A DNA stretch of 64,000 nucleotides, taken from positions 11,408,001 to 11,472,000 of the forward strand of contig OZ249449.1 in the NCBI GenBank assembly GCA_965235115.1, read 5' to 3'. Shown here one piece after another: positions 32,646 through 47,136 of this stretch. A model generated the notes under the pieces. The model saw only the letters and a program-made list of their open reading frames with translations. It had not been told where the DNA came from and made no database searches. The translations under genes were made by a program, and so were the position numbers. Origin of the DNA: Laetmonice hystrix. Lineage: Eukaryota. Positions within the stretch are counted from its first letter, which is position 1; every line of letters starts with the position of its first letter.

Positions 32646-35600
32646 CCAGATCTCCTGAACTTGACGGATTCAGGGTGAATAGATTGAGTATAGAACTCTT
32701 ATATTTCAAACATTGTTGAACAATGCTTTGGCCAAATTTGGCAGTTAGACTAAAAGGTGCAGTACTAGAGAAATGTTTAATTAAATTTCATTTCACCACC
32801 AGTAAGACTGACTGTCGGTGGGACTCTCGCTGTTACTGAACCACAAATATAACTCCAATCCAACCTAAAAACCGTGATTTAATGCTCCAAGCCATGATGC
32901 AGGTTGATGGTTCGGACTTCTAAAATAAAGCTGTCAGGAGTTGGTCAGCATTTACCAGGCCAGGTGGGACAGGTGGCTTTGGCTTTGATGTGGTCACACC
33001 TGTCGACATCTTTGAACCAAGTGCTGGCAATTCCAGCATGCAACAATAGCCCTTGTCTCCTCTGGCAGTCTTCGCAGTGATAATCCAGTAAATGTAGGAA
33101 CTTGATTGTAATTGGCTTGTATTAGTTCTGGAATGTTGATTGGACTTCAGGCTGGACAAATAAGGGTTTGGTGTCAATGGGTCTGAATCCCACACCCAGT
33201 ATTATGTCTGGGTGTCAAGGGGTCACGCAAGGAGACGTTGGGGGTTCGCTCTTCTCAGATGCCCACTAACGCAAAGTCAACAGTCGAAAAGTGTACTTTA
33301 TTCTAAAAGTACAAGTAAGTAGAGAAGAGCTTGGTTACCACAGACAAAAACATCCAAAGCAGACATGTTGACCTACTCTAGATCATAGCCAGCCAGTGAC
33401 AGACGCATATATATTGTATTTATATTCATAATTGTGGCGTAAAATATCTTCTCGGTAATGCACCAATTTTCCTTCATTTCCCAATAGACCCAATCAAAGC
33501 GAGACATACTAACAACCAATGGAAGCGTGGGCCCTTTGGCCATATCGGAGTTCAAGCATTTGGCGTTGTCAGCCGGGGTGGCTGCGAGTTGTGTAGATGG
33601 GGCTGAAATGAGCGTCTGACATGCGAGGGAGGACCGTTGGATATGCTGGGCACGCAGCAGTGTCGGTGGGGGCAGTCTGTGAACTTGACCAGTGAGTATA
33701 TCCAGAGGCTGGGTAATGTCTCAGGAGTAGTACTCACAGATCGAGCGGTTGGTATCTGGGGAGGCCTGGATTGGTCGGTAAGAAGTGGACATGAGCAGTT
33801 CTAATAGGTCTTGCGATGGGTAATGCCACTGTGAAGTGGACCAGTCTACAGTCAGCCTGGAGTGCCCAGTGTGGGCAATACACACAGCTCACTTTACGAC
33901 TTGTCCACACTGGATTCAGTACTCTTGGGAATTAGGAAGAAGTTTGAAGTAGCAAATACAGATACAAATATAATCACTGAGCAGATGTGATGTATTTGTT
34001 CCTTATTCTTCCAGTCAAATAACGTTTTGCATTTAATTAGAAGAGATACGGACATTTATACGATTAGGGCGGCATAGACTTGAAATGACGAGGTTTACTA
34101 GAAGTAGAACAGAACCGCTGAAAAGGTTACAAATGGGCAATTTTTATATGTTCGGTTATGCATGCCAATGATTCATTGTCAGGAAGGGGATAGCATTGGT
34201 GGAAAAGGGGTGGCGTGTCTGCGAGCTATAGATGTGAATGGATTGCTGAATCATTGAATCGTTAGATGTGCTGTAGTTTACGTCGCGACGTTTGGTGTGT
34301 TCACTGAAGTGGAAACTGTGCATGCGGCTCTCTCTGTGTGGCTTGGTGTGAAATGTTCAAGGGCTCACCCAGAGGCCGTGTGCAATATTGAACAATCAAG
34401 CCTGTAAAAAGAGCAAAATGGTGTTGATGTTTAACTTTATTGCCCAACATTTATTGCCGTGTAAGAAAAGGGTACAAATGCGGATTCCAAGGGGGGTGTG
34501 AGTGTGGGGTGATTTATTGGGGCACTAACTGATACCTTGGGGTGACAGGCAGTAGGGTGGGCATGTTGGGTTCACTGGGTCAGGTGGAAGGAGAGATAGG
34601 AAACAAAGAGGTCTTTGGGAAGAAATCCTCCAAGGATCCTTGTGGAAAGGTTAACGGGGAAGGTCAGCGCCTGATCAGTCAGGAGGTGTGATTTCTTGTC
34701 ATGTTGAGATGAGCTGTCGGTGACGTGTAATTTTGCGCTCTGATGTGCGTGTCAGAGAGGTGGTGTGAAAGCCAAGTGACATCCAGTCCGCTGAACAGGT
34801 GATTAGATGGATTTTCTCTGTCTGAACCGACGGTTTTTACAACCGCTTACATTGCTGATGGTTAGTGTTTGCATCGGTTTATATTTTTCTGCACTTAATG
34901 TCAGAGAGCCTCTCATTCCCCGTATGTTGTAACTGCATGTTGTAGAAAACCAGGCTCAGCTAAACTTGAGCCATTTTTACGCCTGAACGCAACGGATGTG
35001 GCCCCTTCTGGAGTGTGTTTTGTGCATAGACATCGTTCAGGGAGGTTGTTACTGAACTAATTGTTATGTATATGTTGACCTACATAGACATAAAGAGCCG
35101 GCCCATGTTTCTGTCAGCATAGAGAGTCTAGAATTCACTGTGTTAACCTGTGGAAAATAGAAGTTGGGCCTACAAGTATAGTGCTCCCCCTAGTGCTGTG
35201 CAAAGTAAAACATGATATAAATATACCAGATTGAAGCCTAGAAGAAAATGTGACCCCATTTTGACAAGCCTTATACGAGTCTAATACATGTGCTTAAAAT
35301 AGAAGAACGCGCCCCTATCGTCAAATAGAGCGTCCAGTCAGCGTCCCCGAAAAAAAACGCCAAGTCGGACACTTTGTCTGGCGGGCTACCATTACATGCA
35401 AAGTGGACCAGCAACCATCAAAGTGAGGCCAACCGGCCGGGAGGGGAAGGCCACCAAAGGAACAGGCAAGAGGTTGCTAAAGGTGCCAAGTCGGTAAACC
35501 TTCCCTCAGACATGGGACCTAAAGAGTGAGGCGGCGATGGTTGGGGTCTGAATAGCTGGCTCTTTGTGCCAGCAACTCTGCAACCGTCATATTCCAGCAC

Positions 35601-38600
35601 TGTCGGCTTTTGAGGTGAAGGAGTAAAGGACAAAGGAATGCTTTGAGGGGTTCAGTGAAGCAGCACCTGCCCAGCCGGGTGGAAAGGCCTGGGGGGCGAA
35701 CAGATGTCAGGAGGGGGGCGTGGGGTTGGGGTAGTGCAGGAATGTGAGGGGCCTTCATACTCACAGAACCAGGGTGTGATTGCCAACAAGGCAGGGGCCC
35801 GGGTGTGCATCTTGCCGTTGGAGAGCTCATTGAATACAGGGAATAAACACAAAGGAATAGCACTCACTCGTACAAATTATAATGTTTCAGTGCACATCCG
35901 CCTTAAAGATCAAATGGACTTTGTTCGTTTAGGTTCCATTATTTTAAGTGTGAAGCAAATTCGAATGTCCACTGAACTAGTTCTTGCTCATGCTGTGTTG
36001 ATTCTAGAGTGAGCATATTTCCAGCTTACCCCTTAGTTTATTAGTAGAATCCCAGCAGATATTAGAGCTAGAATGTTAAGTTTTCTGATGGAAATTACAT
36101 TTTGTACGTTGTTTTCTTTTAAAAGAAAATACAGAAGAATGTATGATATTCCTACAGCTTCTATCGTGAAAGAATCAATATTATAAGGCATATTATTTGG
36201 ACACTACCAGAAGAGATCAACATGAGACTTTCCCTCCGATGACTGGTGACAGAAGTAGGATTTAGATGTACGACGGTCACAGCTGACCTGCTCCTGTCAT
36301 CCGTATCGATCAACATTTCAAATGTGACGTGAGGGTTAGTGAAAACCGTTATTATATCGCCAGGGAGAAGTCATTATCGGCAGCCAGATGGGGCTGTGTT
36401 AAACATACAAACCTTGGCTCTGACAGGGGATTAAATGACAGGTGATTCGTCATGGATCATGAATTATGTGCCTGGGAATCTTGGCTTTTGGGGCCGTCTA
36501 AATAAAACCCTTGGAGAGACATGTCATGGGCATGTTATAATTTTTAAATGTGGTCACCAAGTTGAAGTATTTCTGGTGACAACCCAAGTGATGTCGTAGA
36601 CATTTCAGAGTTATCATCAGTTGGTTAGCCAATTGAGGTTAGTACGTATGTTTTTACAATCTTTACGTAGCAAAATATTTCGGCAGGACCTTGTGATGCT
36701 TCCGAATAATGTTATATTGATACACGAAGTTCAGTTATAATAGATTGCTTAATTTTCGAGGCAGATGGTCTTTAATTGTGCAGTTTTTTTTCAAATGACA
36801 AGATGTTTGCATTTGGGAGTCGAAAAGGGGAATGTTCAAAGATGGATGAAATACAGTCATCTTTTTGTCCCAATTGTGCAATGTGAGAACAGTTGGGACA
36901 GCGCACCTGCAGGGCCCGGCGCCTGTCAGTATGTTGTCATGGAAACGGTGTAATTTACAACCTCCTCATGTCAGAACCCAAGGAGGATTCAGAGAGCAAA
37001 CATTGCCATGTGCCGAGTTAATTTCACTCGGCACACACTAACACACCCATCGTTAGAAACCGTCCCAGCCCCACTCAAAGTTTGTGTATGATGAAAAAAC
37101 TCTCCATTTGAAGCCAATTGGGACAAAGGTTGCATTGGTGCTCGGAGGCTTTGTTGTCTGGGTCATAGAAGTGGACATGATTTGTGGTTGCTATGGGTGA
37201 CCAGCTTTCCATGTTTGCTTCCTGTGATCGACACTTCGCTTAAATTAGATTTTTTCTCTCACCAGTGGCCATGATTTAAAAAAACATTATGAGTTTGAAA
37301 TTCAGTTTAGGTTTAATGATTCCGGTATTTTGCCTGGGGAATGGAGTTAATTAGCCAGGTTCTGAAACATTCACAGTAGGATAAGGTTACCACAATACAA
37401 TTGCGAGAAAAACACTGGGCAAAGGATACTGATTTCAAAGGTTATTCCCACAATCTAATCTAGAACGGGAACAACATCGGCTGAGGAAGATGTAGATCTA
37501 TATGTCAGAATCTAAAATTCTTGTTCTTAATTTATATTATAGATTCAATCAGGCTCAGAGTAAGAGGATTCCAAATATGTTTCAAGCCTATCGCTACTGA
37601 TTGGCTGGTCTAAGCAGACAAGACAACAATTTACGTTTTGAGAAAACCGGACCCTTGGCCTGCTGTGAGGAAGAAACCCCTTGTTAATGATAAGGACTGT
37701 TTACAGGTGTCAATAAGACTCGTGTTAATTAATTGTTTCCTTCAATCTCTACACAAGAATGTGACAAACAATGCATTCACTGATAATCCTGGTGATGTTC
37801 GGGTTAGAGCTTCATGAAGTGTTTTGCCTTGTCAAACCCAGCCGTCAGTATCCAACCAAGCAGCCCCAGCACAGTAAGCACAATCGGATCAATATTAACA
37901 AAAGGGTACAGGGTATTTGGTCACTTACGTGTTCCTCTCCTAGTACCGTTAATTGAGAACACCAGTGTGATTGCCCCCTTAGCCGTCAACCCCACAGTAT
38001 TCCTCATTTACCGTTAAGTTAGTAAGCCCACCTTTTCTTTGGCGCCTGTTTTTCTGTCAGTCGGTTGTCAATACCAAGGCTCCAATCATCTCACTGAATT
38101 GACGTCGATTCGCTGCTGGGAATTGTAAGTAGGGTACCATTGTCTGAGATGCTATTTCTGGCTGGTTTACTGGGCATTGAAGGAACTGAGCAGGACTTCC
38201 GGCCTAATTAAGTAACCATGGAGACTATTATCGGAAACAAATCCGAGGGAAGATGAGACGGAACTATTGCGTGTTTCCATTGCTGAGGAATGTCACCTAT
38301 TGTATAACAGTTTCAGGTAGACTCAGAGACTGTCGTTGGAATGTCCAAACCTCAGGGTGTAAGGTCCTTAGGATATTGACCGTAATCTCGCCAGGTGTTC
38401 ATGAAGCGGTCATAAGAATGAAGCAGTCAACGTCCCGAATTTGTAGGAAATTCTAAGAGAGAAAAGCAGCTTTTCATAAAGGCCGATAATTAGCCAATTG
38501 GAAAAAATGCATGAATGAATTGAGAAGGAAGAGAATCGGTCCAGTAGATTTTAAGTCGTGCAGTCCAAGCCAGTACTAACAAGGGTCTACACCCGCCCCC

Positions 38601-41600
38601 TTATTGATCAAGGTGGACCCCCGCCTGGGATACTTGTTCATTCATGGGTAATTCGTCAAATGTTTTTCAGGTTGGAAAATTGAACTTTGTAGAAAATGAC
38701 AAAACCTTCATATCTAGGCGAAAGGGCACGCGCCCATTCGAATTGCTATACATTGTATATTTAAGAAGGTAAAATGAATTGAACAAATGTTTTCCACATG
38801 TTTTCATGGAAATGGAGGACAGTTAGTCTGTCCAGCATACCGGTACTCTGTCTCTTGAATGATGTGAAACCCGTGGAGAGAACCCAGATGTTTTTCTGTG
38901 TTTGTGAGGGACCAGATGTTTACCTGATTGTGTACGTAAGAGGCCACTTATGGACCCCAGACGAACTTGAAAAATACAACCAGGAGAATCTCGTAAAAAC
39001 TGCCAGCCCTTCCTGTTTGCCATCCTGGTATACGTGTGTAGAACCATTAGTACCGTGATGTGTTCGACATAAAAACGTTGGATGATAGGAAAAAATGTCA
39101 AAGCCGTATCAGTGTGAAACAGGCTGGTGAGACTGATAAGGGCGCTTAGAATTTGACCTCCATCAAAGGACACTTTTTTACTTTTCCAGAGCCTCATAAT
39201 ATCGACTACTGACAGATGAGTCTGTTTTGGGAATTACCACCAATCCCCTAGACAGAATCTCATTCACCCTCGGCTTCTAAACATGTACGCAATATAAACC
39301 AAACTTGTGATGTTTAGGGTGAGCCTGGACCAAAAAGTGTTCCTCAGTGGTGAAGCTAGGTATTATGATGTATTCTGAAAGTGAGGCAAATTATAGTTGA
39401 TATCAACCAATCACATGAAAGGATACAAAAGGACAGCGGCTCTATCAACTGGTGGCATCCTTCAGGGTTAACACACAGAGTCGCCCTTGGCTCGTTGACA
39501 TTGGCGGTAGAAACAAAAAGGGTTCCGTGCCCTATTAAGGTCTTTGTCCTTACTCCACATCCCCAGCGGGCATTATTTTGATAACATAATGTGAGACCGT
39601 GTCGGACATGTGAAGGATGCCTCAAAGTAGCGGCCACATGGCACTTTGATTAATGGCCTAGTTTGGTCGCGTTCTGCTGAGGGCGACTTGGGGCCTCTGG
39701 GTATGATGGAATGGGACACTTTATGTGTGAGGAATAGTGGACAGCACATTTTTGTTTACACTACAATGTCATCAAACTAACATTAAGAAAAAAGAGCCTT
39801 TGTTCTGGCATTATTCATGTCATGTGGTTTTCAGTTAGGCCTATCCACCACACGACTTTTTAGGGGAGAATTTATGGTAGTATTGTAGCAGAACTCAAGT
39901 GTGTACATCAAATGTTGTTTTATTATTATATGGACCAAAGGTACGGAATGAACGACAGAATTGCTGTCACTAATCTCAACTCCACAATTGTCCTCTTTTA
40001 AAGCTTTCTTTGCAAGCTCTTCAAGATTGGCCAGGCACTTTACTAAAGTTAAGGCTCGCAAGTTAATCCAGTTTACAGAAGACTCTTTGGTGTTAGTGCA
40101 CGGTTTAGAAGTCCTAATCCGTTGAGCTGTTGAAATAACTTAAGGTGCATTTTATACCAAGTACCGGTACGTTCATGAGAGAAAACAGATCGTCTAACAA
40201 GGTCTATATACTCATTTTGTAAAAATAGGTGAAACTCCTGAAAGATTTTGATAATATATTAATAGGTAAAGGTGCTTGCTGATTGTATTTATTTAAAATG
40301 TTACCGCGGAAGGGGGGGGGGGGCTGAAGAAGAAAAAAATCCCCCAAACACGAAAACATCCAACACCAAAGACCACCCAGTAACCCACAAAGAGTTAAAA
40401 AGATCTGGCCTGAAAACGTAGCTCATCAACTGTGACCATGTGCCTAAAACAAATATATCTGACCCCATGTGACCTTAAATGACCTTGAAGAATGCTAGTT
40501 CCAGCTGGCAATCGTAGGTGGCGCTGTTGAAGTCAGCTGGCCAGTGTTATGTTTATAAATATAAGAGGGGTCTGGTTAGCCGTTTGGTCCAGGGCTGTCT
40601 GAAGGCGCCTGTTTGTACCGGTATTCCTCCAAAGTTAAATGGTTGCAAGGAGTCACCATTAAGATCGTAACATCGTGCGAAATCTTGAGTCGGGAAACAT
40701 TCTGGAAGATATCAGGGGTTGAACTGAAGGGACTATGGGAGGGGAGGAACAGTGGTTGGAAGTAGCTATGGTTGGCATTGGTATAGTGGTGGTATACCTT
40801 GCTTGCTTGCAGTGGTTTGACACACACGTACGGGGACGGGAGGGGAGGGGTTACAAGGTGTGTCACAGGGGTCGCCTGAACGCAATTTGCCCACCAAGCG
40901 GTCGTTTAATGTTTCCTATCTGTTTACGTTATTTTTGTGGCGGCCCCAGATGGTTTGTGGTTCAGTACACATGCCGCTCTGTAAACGTCGGGCAGGATCC
41001 AAGCTAAGGGGGAGTGCAGGTTTCCAATTGATGGGAGTTCCCTTCAGGATCTAAATACGAGATCTAGTCCTGAATAGCCGAGCTAAACAAGTGAGAGTAG
41101 CTATACTTTCTCTCGATCTAATATAACAGAAAATCAATCGACTCATGTACAACATAAATGTGTATGTCGAAAATAGTTGAAAGATGCCTATGTACAGTAT
41201 GAACAGATTATTAATGTCCAATCAATAGCACCGAGTCCTCTATGCCCTTCCTAGGTTATTCCCATGGATAGGGATTAGGGTTCTGGGCAGGATTAGGAAT
41301 AGGGATACTTTTTGTTCCAGACCTGAGGACCAGAGGCAAGGGTTATTACGTTCAACGTTTGGGACGTGTTCCCGCTTCATGTGGAGGTAACCATTGAGGA
41401 AGCCAACATTTCTCACTGTCTGGCCATTGCTGAACCTCCTCACGACTTCCATAGGGGTTCATTGGAGCCTCTGACAGCCTTGACCTCCAAGGAAGTGACC
41501 TGTGACCTCTTGGTCATGAAGAATGGGGGAGAAGTAGCAGTATGCATGGAAGGGTTGAGGGGTATGGTTAACAACCAAAGACAACGCTGACCTGGACGGC

Positions 41601-44600
41601 ATAGAGGGCGGCCGAGTTGGTAAAATATTGCCGCCATGTGCGTGACAGAATATTGGTGATTCAGGTTGGTCAGTTCACTATGAAGGTACAATTACAGAGA
41701 CAACAGCTTGAAGGGGGCATGTATGGGTTATTTTGTCACAGAGTGTTTCCACTCTTTGCCTTAAAGGAAGGTCTTAAGTTTGGCCATAGAACATGTGACA
41801 GAATCGTAAATGACGGTTCAGCCGATTGTCTGATCAGTTGTTTTGCTCAGTCGGACAAAAAAACCTATAGAAATTCCACGTCAGCTCCAAGATTTTGCTA
41901 GCTGGGCAATATTGTTCGTCTAAGAAAATTGTAACATTGTTAATATTTATTTTATAGCTTGCACACTTCATCATGTAAAGAATTGTGGATGTAAATTGAG
42001 CTCATGCAGGCCGTGTGCAGCCCAACGCTTTGACGTGGGGTAATTATAATCACATCTCCAATTGTCTGACACGCAAAAACGTCAATGAAGACTAAGGTAT
42101 CGCGATGAGCAATTTGAGACCTAATGAAGTTTCTCTCTTTTTTTTATTTCTGAGGAAATTACGAACATGATCGATGTAATTATCACAGCGTGTTAGATAG
42201 GGCACGGCGTCCATGATGAGATGCAGCGAATCACAAACTTGGGACTTGTCTTCACCTCAAGTGTCAACGTGGGAGGTATTTGTCAGCTGACCAATGTTAA
42301 ACGGGAGGTCTGGATTTGCCCACTCAGAGTGAGCCGAAAACGGTCGCCATGGTGACCAGCCAACGGCGTCCCAAGAGAAAAGACGTGGATTATGACGTGA
42401 TAGTTTTGGGGACGTAAGGGATGACGTGTAGTGGGAATGGTTGACGTGCGCAATACTGACAGTGCCAGTTCACTGGTGGGCTTGTTTCTGGGTGACCAGT
42501 CATACCACCTTGTTGTCAACTCGTTGTGGTAGATCCACACAAAGCCTTTGACAGCCGGCCTGTCAGCAAAGATCTGGTTAATCCTTGCAGCTCTCGCAAA
42601 ATTAGATCTGTCCAGATGATGAAATGAGGAGCGTGGATACGGATCTCCCTCTGGAATGAAGCGGGGAGTTCTCTGGGAGTTCAGGACGGGGAGGGAGAAG
42701 GGAGATTTGGCCTGAGTGAGGGTAGACTGACAACACTTCTCCACAAAATGTGGTGCTAAGAACTGAGATTCTATCACGATCCCTAGCTCTAAACCCAATC
42801 CTAACCCATCATCCTGGTCTTCAGAACTCCCAAACAAACTTACCCCTATCCCTTGCCCTGCCCCTAACCCTGACCCCTACCCCAAATTTCCTGGGAATGT
42901 TAACCATGGTGACCCCAAATTTCCTGGGGTGTTACCATTGGGGAAATACCCCCAGGAGTCACTCACCAATAGGATGATCTGGGCATGTGGCTGGCAGGGA
43001 ATCCCAGATCCGTCAAGGTCACAGACATTCTGACGGACGCTCCCTCCGTGGTATCCAGAGGGTAATGAACCAGATAACCAGGATCTCCATGGGAGACAGG
43101 AACGCTATAGAATCACGAACTGACATGGAGACAGGGCTCAGTGGGCCGGCCAAGCGTCTCCTTGACACAGATTTCCACTCAAGACAGTGTGACCTCGTTT
43201 ACCAGACTTTACCCAGCAAGGTGACTAGGTTAAAGTGGCTGATTATTTACACACTTTGAAAATGTATACCTCTTTTAGGTTGTGGTGCTTAGTAGACATT
43301 TTGATTTAAGAATAAAGAGGTATTGCTTATTCCAAGAGTATTCTAAGATATGAGATTTAGTGAAGTACCACTAGTAAGTGTCTGTGCAATAAGAGTTTTA
43401 TTTGTTGTCCTTTTATTTATTTATCTGTTGATCTATTTATGATGTTATTTACTGTGACGTTTAATACTTTTATTATGGTATATTAAATACTATATATTCA
43501 GTCGGCTGTAATTCTAGTTAGAGACTTTTTAAAATACCATTGTTTAAAATACCATATTAATTCTGTACAACTGAATATGTTTATTTTGGACGGTCAGTAA
43601 GAATTGGAAAAACATTTTATATTTATTATAGGAAATAAAACATCAGAAATCTTGACTGTGGACTTTACACGTAGTGGTTGTCACTTGGTGATCAGACAGT
43701 ATGGAGGGACTCACGGTGAGCGTGCACAGTGCACTGACAGGATTGGGTCAAGTGGGACTCACACTGGCCTTGTTGGCAAGCAGTGCCAAACTTCAATGTC
43801 AGAGGGAAATTTGATCTTTGGGTCCTGCTGTGACTGCCTGGCTAGGGGGTCTGGAGGGGAGGGGAGGGGAGGGGAGGGGGAGGGCAAGAGCCCAACTGTA
43901 TAATGACACCTGCAGTATTCCTGGAATGGCCACTTAAAAACTCCAGCAAGTGAGTTATAATTGGATTAATACGATTGGTTATGTAACATTGATTATGTAA
44001 CATGTAGTGAATCTTGAAGACGGATATCTTGCGTGGTTACCATGGTGCGGAATATGAGACGCGAAAGTTATGAACGTGAAAGATTGTGATGTGATGCGGG
44101 CGGCAGGACGGGGAGAGAAAAACTTGGGAACGATGAAAAACATTGGTGAAAAACAGAACTGAGTGTCAACGTCCATTTATGGAATGTGTCTGAGTATGAT
44201 GGAGAATGTGGGAGTTGGGGGGGGGGGGGGGGGGCAGCGACACCGGCTTGTGTCGGAGTCTGTCAGTGAACATATCAGACGTATGAGGGAATGAATGTGT
44301 TGGTGTAGGAATATAGGCCTGGTTTGTTAGAAATTAGGTTCTCCTAAAGTTTAGGGATTCGGCTTGGCTGGTCTAGTCTGGTTAGAATCCGCCTAGAATT
44401 TAAGTTTAAAAAAACTGGGACCTGAAGCTTGGCTACTGTCCAAGGGGAGGTCAAACATGGAAGAGTTCTCCAGGATCCTCTAGCACCAAGTCCTCCTTAC
44501 TGGTTCTCGATCAATCCTTTAAGGGCTTCCTACTTTATCAAAGTAAGGGTCATCCAATCAAACTCTCTGATGATCCAGTATGGGGCTGTTGCTGACCTTT

Positions 44601-47122
44601 GACCTGTGAAATGAGTGAGGAGAGGTCACCCAGCACAGTTTGAATCAGAGAGAGGCAGTGATTAAATAATCAATGAATCATTAATCCCTGGGTACTTTGT
44701 GATCTCATTTGGAACAGTTTATGACTTTTGGACTTGACATCAATGGGGTTAGAATTGTGTTTAACTGAAGTCCACTCCCCAAATCAAAGGAAATGGCCCC
44801 CAACACAGGTACAGATATAGCTAACATTACCTCAGAGGAAATGTTCTGGCAGAATCCTAGATTTCCATAATGATTATGATGACAGAAGGACCAAAACATC
44901 CATTGATATATCACTGGGTTATATTTATAACCTTTAAAAAATATTATCTTCACATATAGGCAGTTTACACCCTGTGAGTAGGAACTCTGCCTTCCAAGTA
45001 TCGATAGTACAAAATGTACGTAGTTTATGAATGGCCAAGATTTTAGCTTGAACACTCGTCCTTGGTTTATAAACGTCGCTTTGTGCACATATTTTACATT
45101 CGTCATTCAATGATTCATAGGTGATAAGTCATAATTTCTGTAGACACTCGGACATTTCACTTTAATATTTAAACAAAGTTACAGAACAGGAAGGTAAACA
45201 AGAAACATCAGTGATGGATATGATCATCATATTCATTCTTCTGACAATTTTCAACCACTTCCGGTAAAAGAGAAAAAGTCTGACTTAAAGTAAATTTATT
45301 CTTGATTTATTGGTTTTCAATTCATGATAACCAATACAAAGTGTGCAAAGCAGCGAGCCCTGGATCGTGACACAGCGCGGGGGAGGCCAACCAACCCGGC
45401 GGGGCTTCTGAATACAAGAGAATCATGAATTTTCTAGGGTTGGGGGTTCCTACTGGGAAAGGGTACGGAGGGGTTGGGAGGATGAAGGCAGGTGATCCAT
45501 CATCTGTGACAGGTACCCCTCTCCATGGTCGCCATGGGAACCAGCCTCCTCCCAGGTGGTTATCTGAGACTAGGGGTGATCCGTGGTTGAAGGCATGTAT
45601 CCGCTCCCCATGATCTGTCCTCGAGGGTCGGGGTTAAGGACTAACTACCCCTGGGTTTACTGAGACACGAGAAACGTAAGAAGCAATGTTTTCAAATATG
45701 TTATGGCTCCTGGGTGATGAATGAGGTGGATGCTCTTGCAAAATAAGGGTGGCGTTGATCGTCTGTGGTGGACTGAGGAATATTGTTATAACATTACTAT
45801 GTGTTTGTGATCACATTTTGTTAATCCTTCCATGAAAGTGTTGCCATAAACTGCCATTACTTGATACGACAGATCTACAGGTTCCTGAAACTTATCCTGA
45901 ATACTAGAACTGTGTAATTTTACAAAAATAGAGAGTCTGAGCTACTTGAGGATCTATATTTAACCTAAACAAAGGGAACACTAAAAGGAAATTGACATTT
46001 ATTTGTATTCATTGAGGGGGAAAACCGGATTTGCCAGTCATCAAAGTCATCTTGAGCCGGTGAGTGATGCTATGGTAATTGGTCAGTTGGTGCCTTCCCT
46101 GCCACATCACCATGGTGATCGAACGGGTCTTGATTTGTTAGAGCATCAAGTGAAGTGGGCCATGTTGACGACGATATGTGGATTGGTGGGGCAATGGCAG
46201 CGTTTAGTTTGGTCGGATCAGAATAAGGAGGGAATAAGATCCAGACCCCACAAATATCCTGGATCTCATGCTCCACTCAAACTCCACCTTGTCAATGAAT
46301 CACAGCGAGGCTGGAATTGACATGCATGAAATTGGGGGCGGCGGTGTGATGGTGCAAAGATGCACTCTCACTGTCAGCAGTTCGGTGGGAGGGAAGGCAT
46401 GACTCAGAGTTGATTGTCGGGAAGAGAACCCAGGTGATGGGTGATAATAGGGGTGATGGCCACTGGCGCAAGGCTGAAGCTGCTCCGTTGCTATGGTCAC
46501 AGAATGAGAGCTGCCTTCCTTATGTTAGTCTTCCACTTCTGTGGCTCTGAGACCATTTCCGTGATTGTGGATGATATGTGGAGTTCATGGGGCACATGGA
46601 TATTTCAAAACAGATGTGAGGAAGGATGAATTCGTTACCTGGAGGAGGCATGAGTCACAACGAGGCAGGTAGGATATATAAAAGTAGTGCTGGTCAGCCG
46701 ACTATAGGATAGGCTTACATCCATTACAATGGTTCCTCTATGCTTCCATTTGGCCAGGGCTAATCACCGACTTTCCTTAATATAATTAGAAGCCTCCAAA
46801 AAGATTTTTAAAGAGTCAAAAGATATTTAAATGAGCATGAATTCAGTTGTCTAAGGCAGTTGTCTGTGCCCGTACGCTCATTACAGAGACTTGTCCCATT
46901 GGAGTCTACGACGTAACATATGAGGCGTACGTGCCGCCGTTCACATCAGGCCCAGTCTTCCTAATTCCCACGAGAATAAAAATGCCAAAGATGGCGTAGA
47001 ACACTTTGGGCCAAGCGCCTTGCTTTCTTTGGCTCCAACCCGCATTAACCATGTGCGGTTTGTTTCACAGAAGATGTGAAGAAAAAAAGCCAGTGTTGAC
47101 TTAATGCTGTCTTCGGATTTGT

Positions 47123-47136
47123 CCACTAGATGGCAG
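47123..47136 (+). promoter_or_regulatory. CTCF-like motif CCACTAGATGGCAG
   Basis: Consensus-type CTCF core in the putative Vangl intron 1. Confidence 0.45.

Noticed and set aside
32344-32709. His/Pro-rich, Gly/Asp/Glu-rich and VMKGVG ORFs
   Set aside because: All are translations of the 18-bp G-rich minisatellite.
38798-39058. Cytochrome b5-like LWTPDELEKYN peptide
   Set aside because: No HPGG motif or continuing exon; probably chance.
42283-42977. 184-aa ORF and telomere-like CCCTAA runs
   Set aside because: The LGLGLELG peptide comes from degenerate CCCTAA-like low-complexity repeat remnants; not a telomere and no protein family recognised.
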